Both the position numbers and the translations under genes were made by a program. Positions 25,843-35,600 of a DNA stretch of 55,762 nucleotides are shown here, piece by piece. Position 1 is the stretch's first letter, and every line of letters starts with the position of its first letter. Source of the stretch: a virus (lineage: Duplodnaviria; Caudoviricetes); IMG/VR virus record IMGVR_UViG_3300012862_000041, positions 1 to 55,762 of that record. One strand, 5' to 3'. The notes beneath the pieces are model-generated. The model made no database searches. It worked only from the letters and a program-made list of their open reading frames with translations, and had not been told where the DNA came from.

Positions 25843-26745
25843 ATGGATATCGTCTATCCCTACAAGAGCGCGCCGGACGATTTCGAGCTGCGCTATTCCC
25901 TCCGATCTTTGGTCAATGTTCCGCATGATCGGGTGATTATCGCAGGTGACAGGCCGATGGTGATCGGCAGGTCAGTGGCTCATGTGCTAGTTGAGCGGAT
26001 TGAGGATCGGTATCAGTCGTCAACTGCGAACATCGTCGGCGCGGTGCGCGGGGCAGGGATCAACGGCGACTTCATCGTCATGCACGATGATATCTTCGCT
26101 CTAGAGCCGTGGCAGTTCCGCCATGAGCATCGGGGCACGATCGCGGAATATCTGAAATCCGGGCAGGCCCAAGGCCGGTACCGGTCCTATATCGAAGCAA
26201 CGCGGGATTTGCTGGTCGCCAAGGGCATTCCAGACCCGCTCTGGTTCGGCCTGCATACGCCGACCGTCTACAATGCCAAGGCGTTGCTCGATATGGTCGA
26301 GGGATTTGCTGGGCACAAGTATTTGCTGCGGACGCTCTATCACAACCTGCTGCCGAAACCGAGCGTGCGGCGCGATGATGTGAAGGTCCGTTTGTGGGGT
26401 GGTGATGCTCCGGCGGCTGACATTCTGTCTATTTCGGATGAATGCGCCCGCTCTGAGAGTTTCCGCCAATGGATCGCGGCGCGTTTCCCTGAGAAGTCCC
26501 AATACGAGATTGGGGCGGAGGGGCGCTGCCTGATCCTTGGTTATGGTCCGTCGCTTTGGGCCGATGTCGGGCAGGCGCTCGATGCTGGTCCTTATGCAGC
26601 GGTTATTGCCTCACCGGAAGCCGCCGAGCACTGGCCGGGCGATGTTCTCGCCATTGCCCATGATGATGACCACGCTGACCGGATCGCTCGATCCTGCGGC
26701 TTTGATGATGTGACCTGGTGCGGACGCACAAAGGAGGCAGCGTGA
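25843..26745 (+). CDS. Compact Stealth-family sugar-1-phosphate transferase-like protein with C-terminal GxGPS domain
   Basis: DIVYPY (CR1), ELRYSLRS and FIVMHDDIF (CR2), HTP (CR3), LSISD...RFPEKSQYE (CR4); then CLILGYGPSL. Confidence 0.7.
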   Translation: MDIVYPYKSAPDDFELRYSLRSLVNVPHDRVIIAGDRPMVIGRSVAHVLVERIEDRYQSSTANIVGAVRGAGINGDFIVMHDDIFALEPWQFRHEHRGTIAEYLKSGQAQGRYRSYIEATRDLLVAKGIPDPLWFGLHTPTVYNAKALLDMVEGFAGHKYLLRTLYHNLLPKPSVRRDDVKVRLWGGDAPAADILSISDECARSESFRQWIAARFPEKSQYEIGAEGRCLILGYGPSLWADVGQALDAGPYAAVIASPEAAEHWPGDVLAIAHDDDHADRIARSCGFDDVTWCGRTKEAA

Positions 26746-28118
26746 AGATTTTCGGCCTGCCCATTCCGTTCACCAGCCAAAAGGCAATGTCACCGGCAGA
26801 TGGCAATCGCGGCTGGTGGCCGCTGATCAAGGAATCTTTCCCCGGAGCGTGGCAGCGGAATATCGAGATCAAGATGGACAGCGTTCTGTCCTTCCATGCT
26901 GTCTTCGCCTGCCAGACGCTGATTGCTTCCGACATTGCCAAGCTGCGCGTGAAACTGGTTCAGGAAGACAGCGACGGCATCTGGAAAGAGGTCAAGCGCC
27001 CTGCCTATTCTCCGGTGCTGCGGAAGCCGAACGGCTACCAGAACCGCATCCAGTTTTTCGAAAGCTGGGTGCTGTCCAAGCTTCAGTTCGGCAATACCTA
27101 TGCTCTGAAAGCGCGTGACGGGCGCGGCGTCGTCGTCGCCTTGCATATTCTCGACCCAAAACGGACCAAGCCGCTGATCGCCGACAATGGCGATGTGTTC
27201 TATGAGCTCAGCACCGATACTCTCATGGGCGTGCAGGAACAGGTGATCGTCCCGGCGCGTGAGATCATCCATGACCGCTTCAACTGCCTGTTTCACCCGC
27301 TGGTTGGGCTATCTCCGATTTTTGCCAATGGGCTTGCTGCCACTCAGGGCCTGAACATTCAGACCAATGCAGCGCTGTTCTTCAAGAACGGCTCTATGCC
27401 CGGTGGCGTTTTGCTGGCGCCGGGGCATATCAGCGACGAGACCGCATCCCGGCTCAAAGAAAGCTGGGAGACGAAATTCAGCGGTGACAATCGCGGCAAG
27501 ATCGCGGTGCTTGGCGATGGCCTGAAATACGAGGTCATGACTTCCAAGGCCACGGACAGCCAGATGGTCGAGCACCTGAAATGGTCCGCCGAAGTGGTCT
27601 GCTCGACCTATCATGTGCCGCCCTACAAGATCGGCCTTGGCCAGCAGCCGACCCACAACAACATTCAGGCCCTCAACGTCGAGTATTATAGCCAGTGCCT
27701 CCAAGTGCATCTCGAAAGCATCGAGCTTTGCCTAGACGAGGGATTGAGTACTGGCGAGGGGCTGGGCACTGAGTTCGATCTTGACGGCCTCCTGCGCATG
27801 GACAGCGGCACGCAAATGGACGTTCTCGAAAAGTCCAAGGGCAAGCTGACACCGAACGAGCAGCGCAAGGCCCTCAATCGTCCGCCGGTAGAGGGTGGCG
27901 ATACGGTCTATATGCAGGAACAGGATCACAGCCTGGCATGGCTGGCGCGCCGCGATGCGCAGCCGATTGAAGCTCCTGTGCCGCCGACACCTGATCCTGA
28001 GCCAGAACCCGATATGTCAGGCGACGAATTGGCCGATGCCGCCAAGTCCATCCTTGAAGCTGAGTTCAAGGAAATCTCGCCCCTCCTGGCATTGCCGAAG
28101 CCGAAAAGGGCAGCCTGA
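26742..28118 (+). CDS. HK97-family portal protein
   Basis: VFACQTLIASDIAKL, KPNGYQ, GNTY, EIIHDR, GLSPI, FFKNGSMPGG, TPNEQR; GTG start with AGGAGG RBS. Confidence 0.95.
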   Translation: MKIFGLPIPFTSQKAMSPADGNRGWWPLIKESFPGAWQRNIEIKMDSVLSFHAVFACQTLIASDIAKLRVKLVQEDSDGIWKEVKRPAYSPVLRKPNGYQNRIQFFESWVLSKLQFGNTYALKARDGRGVVVALHILDPKRTKPLIADNGDVFYELSTDTLMGVQEQVIVPAREIIHDRFNCLFHPLVGLSPIFANGLAATQGLNIQTNAALFFKNGSMPGGVLLAPGHISDETASRLKESWETKFSGDNRGKIAVLGDGLKYEVMTSKATDSQMVEHLKWSAEVVCSTYHVPPYKIGLGQQPTHNNIQALNVEYYSQCLQVHLESIELCLDEGLSTGEGLGTEFDLDGLLRMDSGTQMDVLEKSKGKLTPNEQRKALNRPPVEGGDTVYMQEQDHSLAWLARRDAQPIEAPVPPTPDPEPEPDMSGDELADAAKSILEAEFKEISPLLALPKPKRAA

Positions 28119-29122
28119 TGAAGCAGTCGGATATAGCCCTTTTGATGAAGGGCATGGCGCCGGTCATCGGTAAGCTGATCGGCGATGCTGTTCAGCCTTT
28201 TGTCGAGCGCATTGCGGAACTTGAGCAGACGATTGCCGCGCTGCCGGTGCCGAAAGAAGTTGACGAAGCAGGTATTGCTAAGCGCGCAGCTGATGCCGCG
28301 TCAGAAGCGGTTCGGCCAATGCTCGATGACCTGCAGAAGTCGCTTGCTGCTCTGCCGGAGGCTCCCGAGCTTCCTGATGTTGCCGGAATGATCAAAGAGG
28401 CTTTGGAAGCCGTCGAAGATCAGCGTGCGCAGGATGCCGCGCAGATCCAGGCATGGATGGATGGCGTCGGAGAGAAATTCGCGGCTCTGCCAGAGCCTGT
28501 CGAGCCGAAGCCATTCGATCCTGAGGAAGTGCGCGGTTTACTGGCCGAAGAGGTAGAACGTGCCGTGGGCGAGCTGCCGAAGCCGCAGGACGGCAAGAGC
28601 GTAACGATCGAGGATATTGCACCTCTGATCGATCAAGCCGTCTCCAAGGCCGTAGCTGGTATCCCGGTTCCGTCCGATGGCGTCGGGCTGGCTGGGGCTA
28701 TTCAAGATCACAAGGGGCATCTCGTCGTCACTCTGACCAACGGTGCCACAGTCGATGTCGGTCAGGTGGCTGGCAAAGACGCTGACATGGACGCGCTGCG
28801 GGCCGAAATCAAAGCGATGGTCGATGCGCTGCCAAAGCCACGCGATGGTGTGGATGGTTTCGGCTTCGACGAGATCGACATTGTGGTCGCCGACGATGGC
28901 GTGGCGCTGAAGTTCACGCGCGGCGATGAGGTCAAGGCTTTTGCTCTGCCGGTGCCCTTTTATCGCGGTGTGTTCAGCACCGAGAAAGCCTATCGCAAGG
29001 CCAACACGGTCACTTGGGGCGGCTCTCTCTGGTTTGCGCTGAAGGACAACCCTGCGGGCAAGCCCGATGCTCCTGATAGCGATTGGGTGCTGTCGGTGAA
29101 GAAAGGCCAGAACGCAAAATGA
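28118..29122 (+). CDS. Pro/Ala-rich head/neck-associated protein with PxPxDG repeats
   Basis: PKPQDG/PVPSDG/PKPRDG repeats; C-terminal YRGVF...VTWGGSLW...DW. Confidence 0.7.
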   Translation: MKQSDIALLMKGMAPVIGKLIGDAVQPFVERIAELEQTIAALPVPKEVDEAGIAKRAADAASEAVRPMLDDLQKSLAALPEAPELPDVAGMIKEALEAVEDQRAQDAAQIQAWMDGVGEKFAALPEPVEPKPFDPEEVRGLLAEEVERAVGELPKPQDGKSVTIEDIAPLIDQAVSKAVAGIPVPSDGVGLAGAIQDHKGHLVVTLTNGATVDVGQVAGKDADMDALRAEIKAMVDALPKPRDGVDGFGFDEIDIVVADDGVALKFTRGDEVKAFALPVPFYRGVFSTEKAYRKANTVTWGGSLWFALKDNPAGKPDAPDSDWVLSVKKGQNAK

Positions 29123-29235
29123 GCCCTCTGACGCCACGCCAACGGATACTTTTGGCTATCGCCAGTTTTGTGATGATCGCCGCCTTTGCTTCTGTGCCAT
29201 TTTTTATCTCTACCATGTTGCCGGTGACGCTATGA
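29119..29235 (+). CDS. 38-aa single-TM peptide (MSPLTPRQRILLAIASFVMIAAFASVPFFISTMLPVTL)
   Basis: Own translation; ATGA overlaps at both ends. Confidence 0.5.
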   Translation: MSPLTPRQRILLAIASFVMIAAFASVPFFISTMLPVTL

Positions 29236-29594
29236 GCCTCGTCACCGTTGAAGAAATCAACAACGCGCTTCGGCTCGATCTGGAAGCCGATATCGGCGAC
29301 GGGTCGGGCGGTGACGGTGGCGACACTTCGCGGCTCGCCGATATCGAGCTCAAGCTGAAGCAGGCCGAAGCCATTGTGCTGGGCTTTATTCAGCCGCTGC
29401 CGGAAGTGCCTTGGACGCATGATACTGTGCCTGGCGAAGTGTCGGCGGCAATCGTCATCGCGGTGCGCTGCCTGCTCGACGACACCGAAGAAAGCATGGC
29501 CATGTTGTCGGGGCTGTCCGGCATTACTGGCTTTGATGCGCGAAATCCTATTGCGGCGCTGCTCTGGCGCCGCCGGCAACCTTCATTGGCATAG
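29232..29594 (+). CDS. Head-tail connector (gp6-like)
   Basis: LVTVEEI..ALRLD...A.AIVL.FI...VP..V.AAI...LLWRRR.P. Confidence 0.75.
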   Translation: MSLVTVEEINNALRLDLEADIGDGSGGDGGDTSRLADIELKLKQAEAIVLGFIQPLPEVPWTHDTVPGEVSAAIVIAVRCLLDDTEESMAMLSGLSGITGFDARNPIAALLWRRRQPSLA

Positions 29595-29602
29595 GTGAAA
29601 CA

Positions 29603-29854
29603 ATGACCCTGAGCGGACGCCGTATCCGGTTTCTGGAAAACTGGGACTGGAAGCCAACACCTATGTCCACGATCGCTTATCGTGCTGGCCAGACCTATTT
29701 CGTTCGTCTGGAATGCGCAGAGAAAGCGCTGCGGCTGGGCAAGGCAGAAGCCGTTGAGACTGGCGCACCACCGGCTGGCATAGCGGCAACCATTGCCAAG
29801 AAGGCGGGCCCGAAGCGAGTCTACAAGCGCAAGGCTAAGGCTGATGTCGAATAG
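29603..29854 (+). CDS. Hypothetical neck-region protein
   Basis: RIRF..NWDW.P.....IAY.AG pattern. Confidence 0.6.
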   Translation: MTLSGRRIRFLENWDWKPTPMSTIAYRAGQTYFVRLECAEKALRLGKAEAVETGAPPAGIAATIAKKAGPKRVYKRKAKADVE

Positions 29855-30206
29855 ACGGGCTGGCGCGCTGCGCGAGCGACTAAGCTTTCAAATGCGACCC
29901 CCGGGTGATGATGGCTGGGGCAATGAAATTCCCGGCACCGGTGATTTCGAAACGCAGTTCACTATCTCTGCGGCGCTCAAGCCGCGTGTAGGCTCCGAAA
30001 GCGTCGACGCCGCACGGCTTCAGGGTCGTCAGCCCTATGTCTGCACAGTCCGATATTCCAAGGCCATGTCAAAGGTAACGACGGCATGGCAGATCGTTGA
30101 TGCAAGGGATGCCAGCAGAGTTTTGGCTGTTGTCTCTCCCTTTGCTGATCCTGATGGACGCAATCAATGGCTTGAGGCACTGGTGATGGATGGGGCGCCG
30201 AGCTGA
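29844..30206 (+). CDS. Head closure protein (SPP1 gp16-like)
   Basis: AGALRERLSFQ...DDGWGN...GSE...AARLQG. Confidence 0.85.
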   Translation: MSNRRAGALRERLSFQMRPPGDDGWGNEIPGTGDFETQFTISAALKPRVGSESVDAARLQGRQPYVCTVRYSKAMSKVTTAWQIVDARDASRVLAVVSPFADPDGRNQWLEALVMDGAPS

Positions 30207-30676
30207 TGGCGATGCGTTCCAAGGTCATCGCTACGGCTACCTTGAGGCATCGGCTTCGCACTTTTGTCCCTGATGCTGAAAAGGAAATGGCAAAGGCGAA
30301 GGAAGTCAGCATGGCTGACGTAGCGCGCAAGATCGCCGCGCGGGCGCCTTATAGAACAGGCGAATACTACGAGAGCCTTGAGGCTGGGCTGGTCTCCGAT
30401 AATCCTGCTGCAAAAAAGCGGCCGGGGTACCGCCCCGTAAAAGATCCATATGCCGTGGGGATATTTGGTCGATACGTCTGGCGGTTTATTGAATTTGGAA
30501 CCCCAGAGCATGTCAACGCGGGGATATTCGACGGCACGACGCACCCAGGAACTACCGCTTACCCCCATGTCTACCCTACCTGGCGCGCAAACCGCGGTTC
30601 AGTCAAAAAAGCCGTGCGGGGTGGTCTGAATAAGGCGGTCAAGAAGTCGAACGCCGGGAGAAAAATTCGTGGCTGA
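30206..30676 (+). CDS. HK97 gp10-like tail component
   Basis: APYRTG.Y..S, WRFIEFGT, HPGT.A.P. Confidence 0.8.
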   Translation: MAMRSKVIATATLRHRLRTFVPDAEKEMAKAKEVSMADVARKIAARAPYRTGEYYESLEAGLVSDNPAAKKRPGYRPVKDPYAVGIFGRYVWRFIEFGTPEHVNAGIFDGTTHPGTTAYPHVYPTWRANRGSVKKAVRGGLNKAVKKSNAGRKIRG

Positions 30677-31094
30677 TCCAAGTTTTGAAGTCATTCGAGC
30701 AATGATTGCCCGGCTTCGATCGGCGGCCACGCTGACCTCGCTTGGTGTCACGGGTGTCTATGACCCGCCGCCCCAACCTGATGCCCCTGTTGTACCGCCT
30801 TACATATCTCTTGGCCCGAGCGATGTTTACCGAGAGGACGCCAGCTGCGTTTCAGGCCAGGGGATTTTCATCCAACTCGACGTTTGGAGTTGGGGAGCGG
30901 GCAAAGCGGGGTCAAGTGTTCTTACGCGCGAAATCTGTGATGCTGTGGAGCAATTGCTCCACGATCAGGAGATGGCGTTACCAACTAATCTGCTATCCAC
31001 ATTGGAACACCGATCCACGGAAATAATGCGCGACCGTGGTGGGATAGTGAATCATGGAATTGTCCGCTTCTGGGCATCCGTGCAGCGCGCGTAA
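30669..31094 (+). CDS. Tail terminator (DUF3168-like)
   Basis: VYD.PP...PYISLG...QLDVWS...V...LH...HG. Confidence 0.8.
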   Translation: MADPSFEVIRAMIARLRSAATLTSLGVTGVYDPPPQPDAPVVPPYISLGPSDVYREDASCVSGQGIFIQLDVWSWGAGKAGSSVLTREICDAVEQLLHDQEMALPTNLLSTLEHRSTEIMRDRGGIVNHGIVRFWASVQRA

Positions 31095-31117
31095 TCCGAT
31101 CTTGGTTTAGACCCAAC

Positions 31118-31141
31118 GGCCCGCTTGTGCGGGCCTTTTTT
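31118..31141 (+). terminator. Intrinsic terminator-like hairpin before the tail tube gene
   Basis: GGCCCGC-TTGT-GCGGGCC followed by T6. Confidence 0.6.
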
Positions 31142-31154
31142 ATGGAGAGTCCCC

Positions 31155-31586
31155 ATGGCCCAGCAGAAAGGCCGCACCCTGCTTATTCAGATTGGCGATG
31201 GTGCTGATCCTGAGGTTTTCACGAACCTATGCGGCATCACGACCCGCAGCTTCAACATGTCGGCAAACTCTGTCGATACCACCATTCCTAGTTGCACGGA
31301 TCCGGGCGGGCCTGTTGTGAAAACAGGTGAGCCTGGCATTCAAAACCGAACGTTCTCAGGATCGGGCAAGTTCGTATCGGGATCCAGTTCCCAGCTTCTG
31401 CTTGACCATGTGCGCGGCGGAACGACCTTCAATGCAAAGGTGATTGTGCCCGGTGACGGCACATACACCGGTGCGTGGTTCGTGACTGAGTTCGAGTTCT
31501 CTGGCGAGATGGAGGGCAACATGGACTTCAGCGCGACGTTTGAGGCTGCCAGCCCTCCCACTTTCGTTGCTGAGGCTGCCAGCTGA
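31155..31586 (+). CDS. Major tail tube protein (TP901-1/GTA-like)
   Basis: MAQQKGRTLLIQIGDG..PEVF..LCG...SGSG.F...G.Y.G.W. Confidence 0.9.
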   Translation: MAQQKGRTLLIQIGDGADPEVFTNLCGITTRSFNMSANSVDTTIPSCTDPGGPVVKTGEPGIQNRTFSGSGKFVSGSSSQLLLDHVRGGTTFNAKVIVPGDGTYTGAWFVTEFEFSGEMEGNMDFSATFEAASPPTFVAEAAS

Positions 31587-31921
31587 TGGCGCTGCCTGTG
31601 AACGGTGCGAGGGGGGAGGTGCCCCTTCGCATCGATGATGTCGACTTAGTCATTGCAGCGGAGATGGAAGGGCTGTCTGCCATCTCTACCCGCCTCGAAT
31701 GCAAATCGATGGCAGATTTGTTTTCGCGCCTCTCTCAAGTCGAGGTCGCCGCCGCTGTTGCCGCTATCGACCTGCTCACGGTTCGCGGAGACAAAAAGGC
31801 GGCTTTGGCAAAGCTAAAGCTTGGTCACTTCAGCGCGGTTGCAGGCGCCTTGGCCCAAGCATTGTCCCACCATTTCGACGGTGACGCGGGAAACGTCGAG
31901 GCCGCCAAGGAAACGCTATAG
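31586..31921 (+). CDS. Tail assembly chaperone (GTA gp10-like, G)
   Basis: NGARGEV.L.IDD motif; position after the tube gene. Confidence 0.85.
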   Translation: MALPVNGARGEVPLRIDDVDLVIAAEMEGLSAISTRLECKSMADLFSRLSQVEVAAAVAAIDLLTVRGDKKAALAKLKLGHFSAVAGALAQALSHHFDGDAGNVEAAKETL

Positions 31922-32121
31922 ACGACCCGTTTCCTTGGCGGCATTGGATGAGAGCCGCCTTTGGGGCTCTGCGCTGGCCCCCCGAGGTATTCTGGAAGTC
32001 AACTCTGACCGAGTTTCTAGATGCCATCGAAGGTTTTAGTGAGGCTAATGGCAGCGAAAAATCGGAAGCCCCGCCTAGCGATCAAGAGCTCGATGCGCTC
32101 GTGGCCCGATATGGGGCCTGA
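31888..32121 (+). CDS. -1 frameshift extension of tail chaperone (T part of G-T)
   Basis: In-frame slippery G GGA AAC at 31888-31894; -1 frame reads ...DDPFPWRHWMRAAFGALRWPPEVFWKSTLTEF...ELDALVARYGA* to 32121. Confidence 0.8.
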   Translation, partial: GKRRGRQGNAIDDPFPWRHWMRAAFGALRWPPEVFWKSTLTEFLDAIEGFSEANGSEKSEAPPSDQELDALVARYGA

Positions 32122-32499
32122 TCAGTAGGTTACCCCTTCAAAGCGAATGCCGCAGTTTTTGATGCGGTTTACGTTCTCGATGGCAAGCATTTCGCCTTTT
32201 AGCCTTGAGACGTTTGCTGCGTCTGCGCCATCCCCTTTCATGAAGAAGGCGGCTGGCCAGAAGAGTACGAGTGCTACCGTAGTCATGGCGGCATCTTGGC
32301 CTCGGTTTTTGTCTTGCTGGCCAAAGGCTGCGGCGGCCCTATTAGAAACGCTTTCTGCCTCAGATCGAAGCTGGCTGCAGCTCAAATTCTCGTAAAGACC
32401 GGTGGAGACATAGGCTGGTGCGATGTCTTTGGGCGGCGTTGCGCACCCAGCAAGAACAACTGCTGCCACAGCGGCAGCAGGAATAAATTTCGTAATCAT
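32122..32499 (-). CDS. Antisense lipoprotein moron
   Basis: Lipobox VLAGC; Y..LSC.QL..E motif; hydrophobic hairpin; GGGGGA RBS. Confidence 0.8.
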   Translation of the reverse strand: MITKFIPAAAVAAVVLAGCATPPKDIAPAYVSTGLYENLSCSQLRSEAESVSNRAAAAFGQQDKNRGQDAAMTTVALVLFWPAAFFMKGDGADAANVSRLKGEMLAIENVNRIKNCGIRFEGVTY

Positions 32500-32669
32500 T
32501 GAATTCCCCCAAACAAGCGGCGGTTAATCAAGCGTTACTTCGGGCATTAGTCAATAGAACGAGTCCTGTTTTGGTAAACCGGCTGGCTTCTCTGGTGTAG
32601 TATGGCCCGTCGAATAGCTTATGCGCCTTTCTCAGGGCGTCCGTCGGCGGCTGCTAGGATATTGTTCGC

Positions 32670-35600
32670 ATGGCTGACAAAGATGACGATCTCATTCTAC
32701 AGGTCGCAGCCGATACGGCGGCAATGCGCAAGGCGTGGACAAAGGTAGAAACCGAAGTTACGGGCCTTACCGCCTCGGTAAACCGCAAGTTTCGAGGTTT
32801 GGGTCAGCAGATCGACCGGACATTCGCCGGTATCGGCCAGAACATGATGCGCAACCTAACGGGGCCACTTGCGGGCATTGCCGGCGTAATGGCCACTCGT
32901 GAAGTGATGCAATATGCGGATGCTTGGACGGTTGCTGGCAATAAGCTGGCTGCGGCATCCGAAGTAGCCGGAATGCAGGCTCGTGGCTTGAAAGAGCTCA
33001 ACGAGATTGCAAATGAAACTCGATCCGGCATCAGCGAAACCGCCGACCTCTACGCAAAGCTGCTTCGATCGACAAAGGGAGTGGCGGAATCTGAGCTTCA
33101 GGTCGCAAAGGCTACCGAGATCGTCAATAAGGCCTTCAAGGCCGGTGGTGCTGCTGCATCCGAACAAGCGGCTGGCATTATGCAGCTCGCTCAGGGCCTT
33201 GGTTCTGGCACCCTTATGGGGGACGAGCTGCGGTCTGTACGCGAAAATGCGCCGCTGCTGGCTCAGGCGATTGCTGATTATTTCAAGGTCAGTATTGCCG
33301 GCTTAAAAGACTTGGGCGCCGAAGGCAAACTGACCAGTGAGAAGATATTTAAGGCAATTCTCGCTGCTCAGCCGGGCGTAGAGGCTGCTTTTTCTCGGAC
33401 AAATGCCACCATTGAAGATGGCATAACGAAGGTGCGCAATGCGCTGACCCAGTATATCGGCGGCGCTGACCAAAGTGCTGGAGCAACCGCCGCACTGAAT
33501 GTTGGACTAAATGCGCTGGCTGACGACTTCGACAAATTCGCAGATGCCGGCCTAAAGTTGGCGGCTGTTATCGCAGGCGCTCTGGTTGGGCGGTCCATTA
33601 TGGGAATGGTGGCGTCGCTCGGTGTTGCAGGGAAGGGCGTTGTCGGGTTCCTGAATATTCTATCCGGAGCGGCACGCACCGCAGGAACAACCGCTGCCGC
33701 CATGACCGCACTGGGCGCGGCGGCTGGCCCGTTGGCGTTGATCATCGGCGGCGGCGTTGCTGTGGCCATGCAGAACATGGTGGCTGAATCTGCCGCCGCG
33801 AAAAGCTCCATCGCTCAGATTGATGAGCGCATGGCGAGCCTCGGCCTGTCGTCTGATGCTGCCGCAAAGCGCATCACAGAGGTCGCAGAGGCCACCGACG
33901 AACTCGCAAAGGCAGAGGCTCGGCGCCGCGTAACTCAGGCAGAGGGGAACCTGAACAATCTGCGCGATGGTACGCTCGCAGATAACTGGATGTCGCAGTT
34001 CAAGGGCAATGATGAACTGGTCAGCCTTTTCACGATTTCAAATCGCGCTATCATTGCCGCTGCGGATCGAGCGGCTAGCGAAGCGGATAAAGCTGCATAT
34101 CGCCTCATTCAAGCTTATGTTGATGGAATTCGGGCCGGACAGCCAATAGTCGGCGAAGCCTTGTCCGAAATGATAAAGATCGAAGCTGACGAAGATGTCA
34201 CGCAGGAAGTCGTTGATCTTGTAACGTCGGTGCGCAATGTCCTGGCTAGCTTCGAAAACCAAGAGACATCCATAAAGCTGGATGTCGATTCCACCGGCAT
34301 TGACTACGCGACCGTCGCCGCCAAGACCCTGCGCGATGAGCTGGTTCAAAATGTTGAATCCTATATCGCTATGCGCGAGGCGATGCGGTGGGGCGCAGAT
34401 GACCAGAAATGGCGGTCCGAAGCAGGGGCTCTTGTTGCCCTTCTGAGGGATAGCGCCATTTCCGCCGAAGATGCAAAGCGAGAGCTTGACCGTCTGGCCT
34501 CCGCGAACCCCCGCTTCGAAGCTCACATGCCTGCGCTGGCAAACCTCATTAATGGCCTGATCCAACTTGCTGGGGAAGCCCGCGCTGCTAAGGGTGCGCT
34601 TGAGGCTGTGGGCGAAGCGAATGCTGCCCAGCAGAACCACAACACGTTTCTTCGTGCAGACGCCGATAGCATGAAGCCTGTTATCGCGGGTCAGGAATGG
34701 GTGCGGGAGCAGGAGCGCCGAAATGCTCTTACGCGCGAACAGCGCGATCTTGAAGAAGAGATTGTACGTGTCCGAAAGGATATGCCTGAAGGATCGTATG
34801 TGGACCCTGCTGAAGTCGAGCGCATCGCCAAAGCCAATCTGGCGTGGAAGGAGGCGAACAAAAGCTCGGGCGGTGGGAAATCTGATGCGCAATCATTTAA
34901 GGACCGATTGGAGGACGAAAGAACGTCCGTCGCGCTGCTGATACAAGAAGCATCGGTGATGGCCACCCTCAACCCGCTTGCTCAGGACTACGAGGCAACG
35001 CTTGAGGCGTGGCGCATGGAGCAAGAGTTGCTCAACGAGGCTCGGAAGGCGGGCCTTGCCGATGATCCCGCTGTTATTGCAGGCATCAGGGAAACAGTCG
35101 AGGTTTGGAAGCAGGGCACGATCGCAATTCAGCAACTCGAAATTGCACAAGATGCGGTTCGTCAGAGTTTTGAGGACTTGCAGTCAGCAGGGCGCTCTGC
35201 GCTGGATAGCATAATCGACGGTTTTATTGAAGGCCGAGACGCAGGGGAAGTTTTCAATTCGGTGTTGAAAGATCTGGCGAAAAACCTGCTCAACATCGGA
35301 CTTAATCTTATTGGTGGCGGCATGAAATCAGGAGGCTTCAACCTCCTGTCGCTGTTCGGCTTTGCCGAGGGCGGAGTAGCTAAGAACGGGAGGCCTATAA
35401 AAACTTACTCCAAGGGCGGGGTTTCAAAAACCGCAGCAATATTTGGAGAAGGCCCGATGGCCGAAGCAGCCGTGCCGCTGCCTGACGGAAGAAGGATCCC
35501 TGTTGATCTTCGTATGCCTCAGATGCCGTCGGGATCAGACCAAAGGCCACAGCCGATGGCACTTACCGTCCATGTCGTTTCCGATGACAAGAAGTTCTCT

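Noticed and set aside
32600-32669. Hairpins upstream of the tape measure gene as a riboswitch
   Set aside because: Imperfect pairing and no match to a motif I recognise
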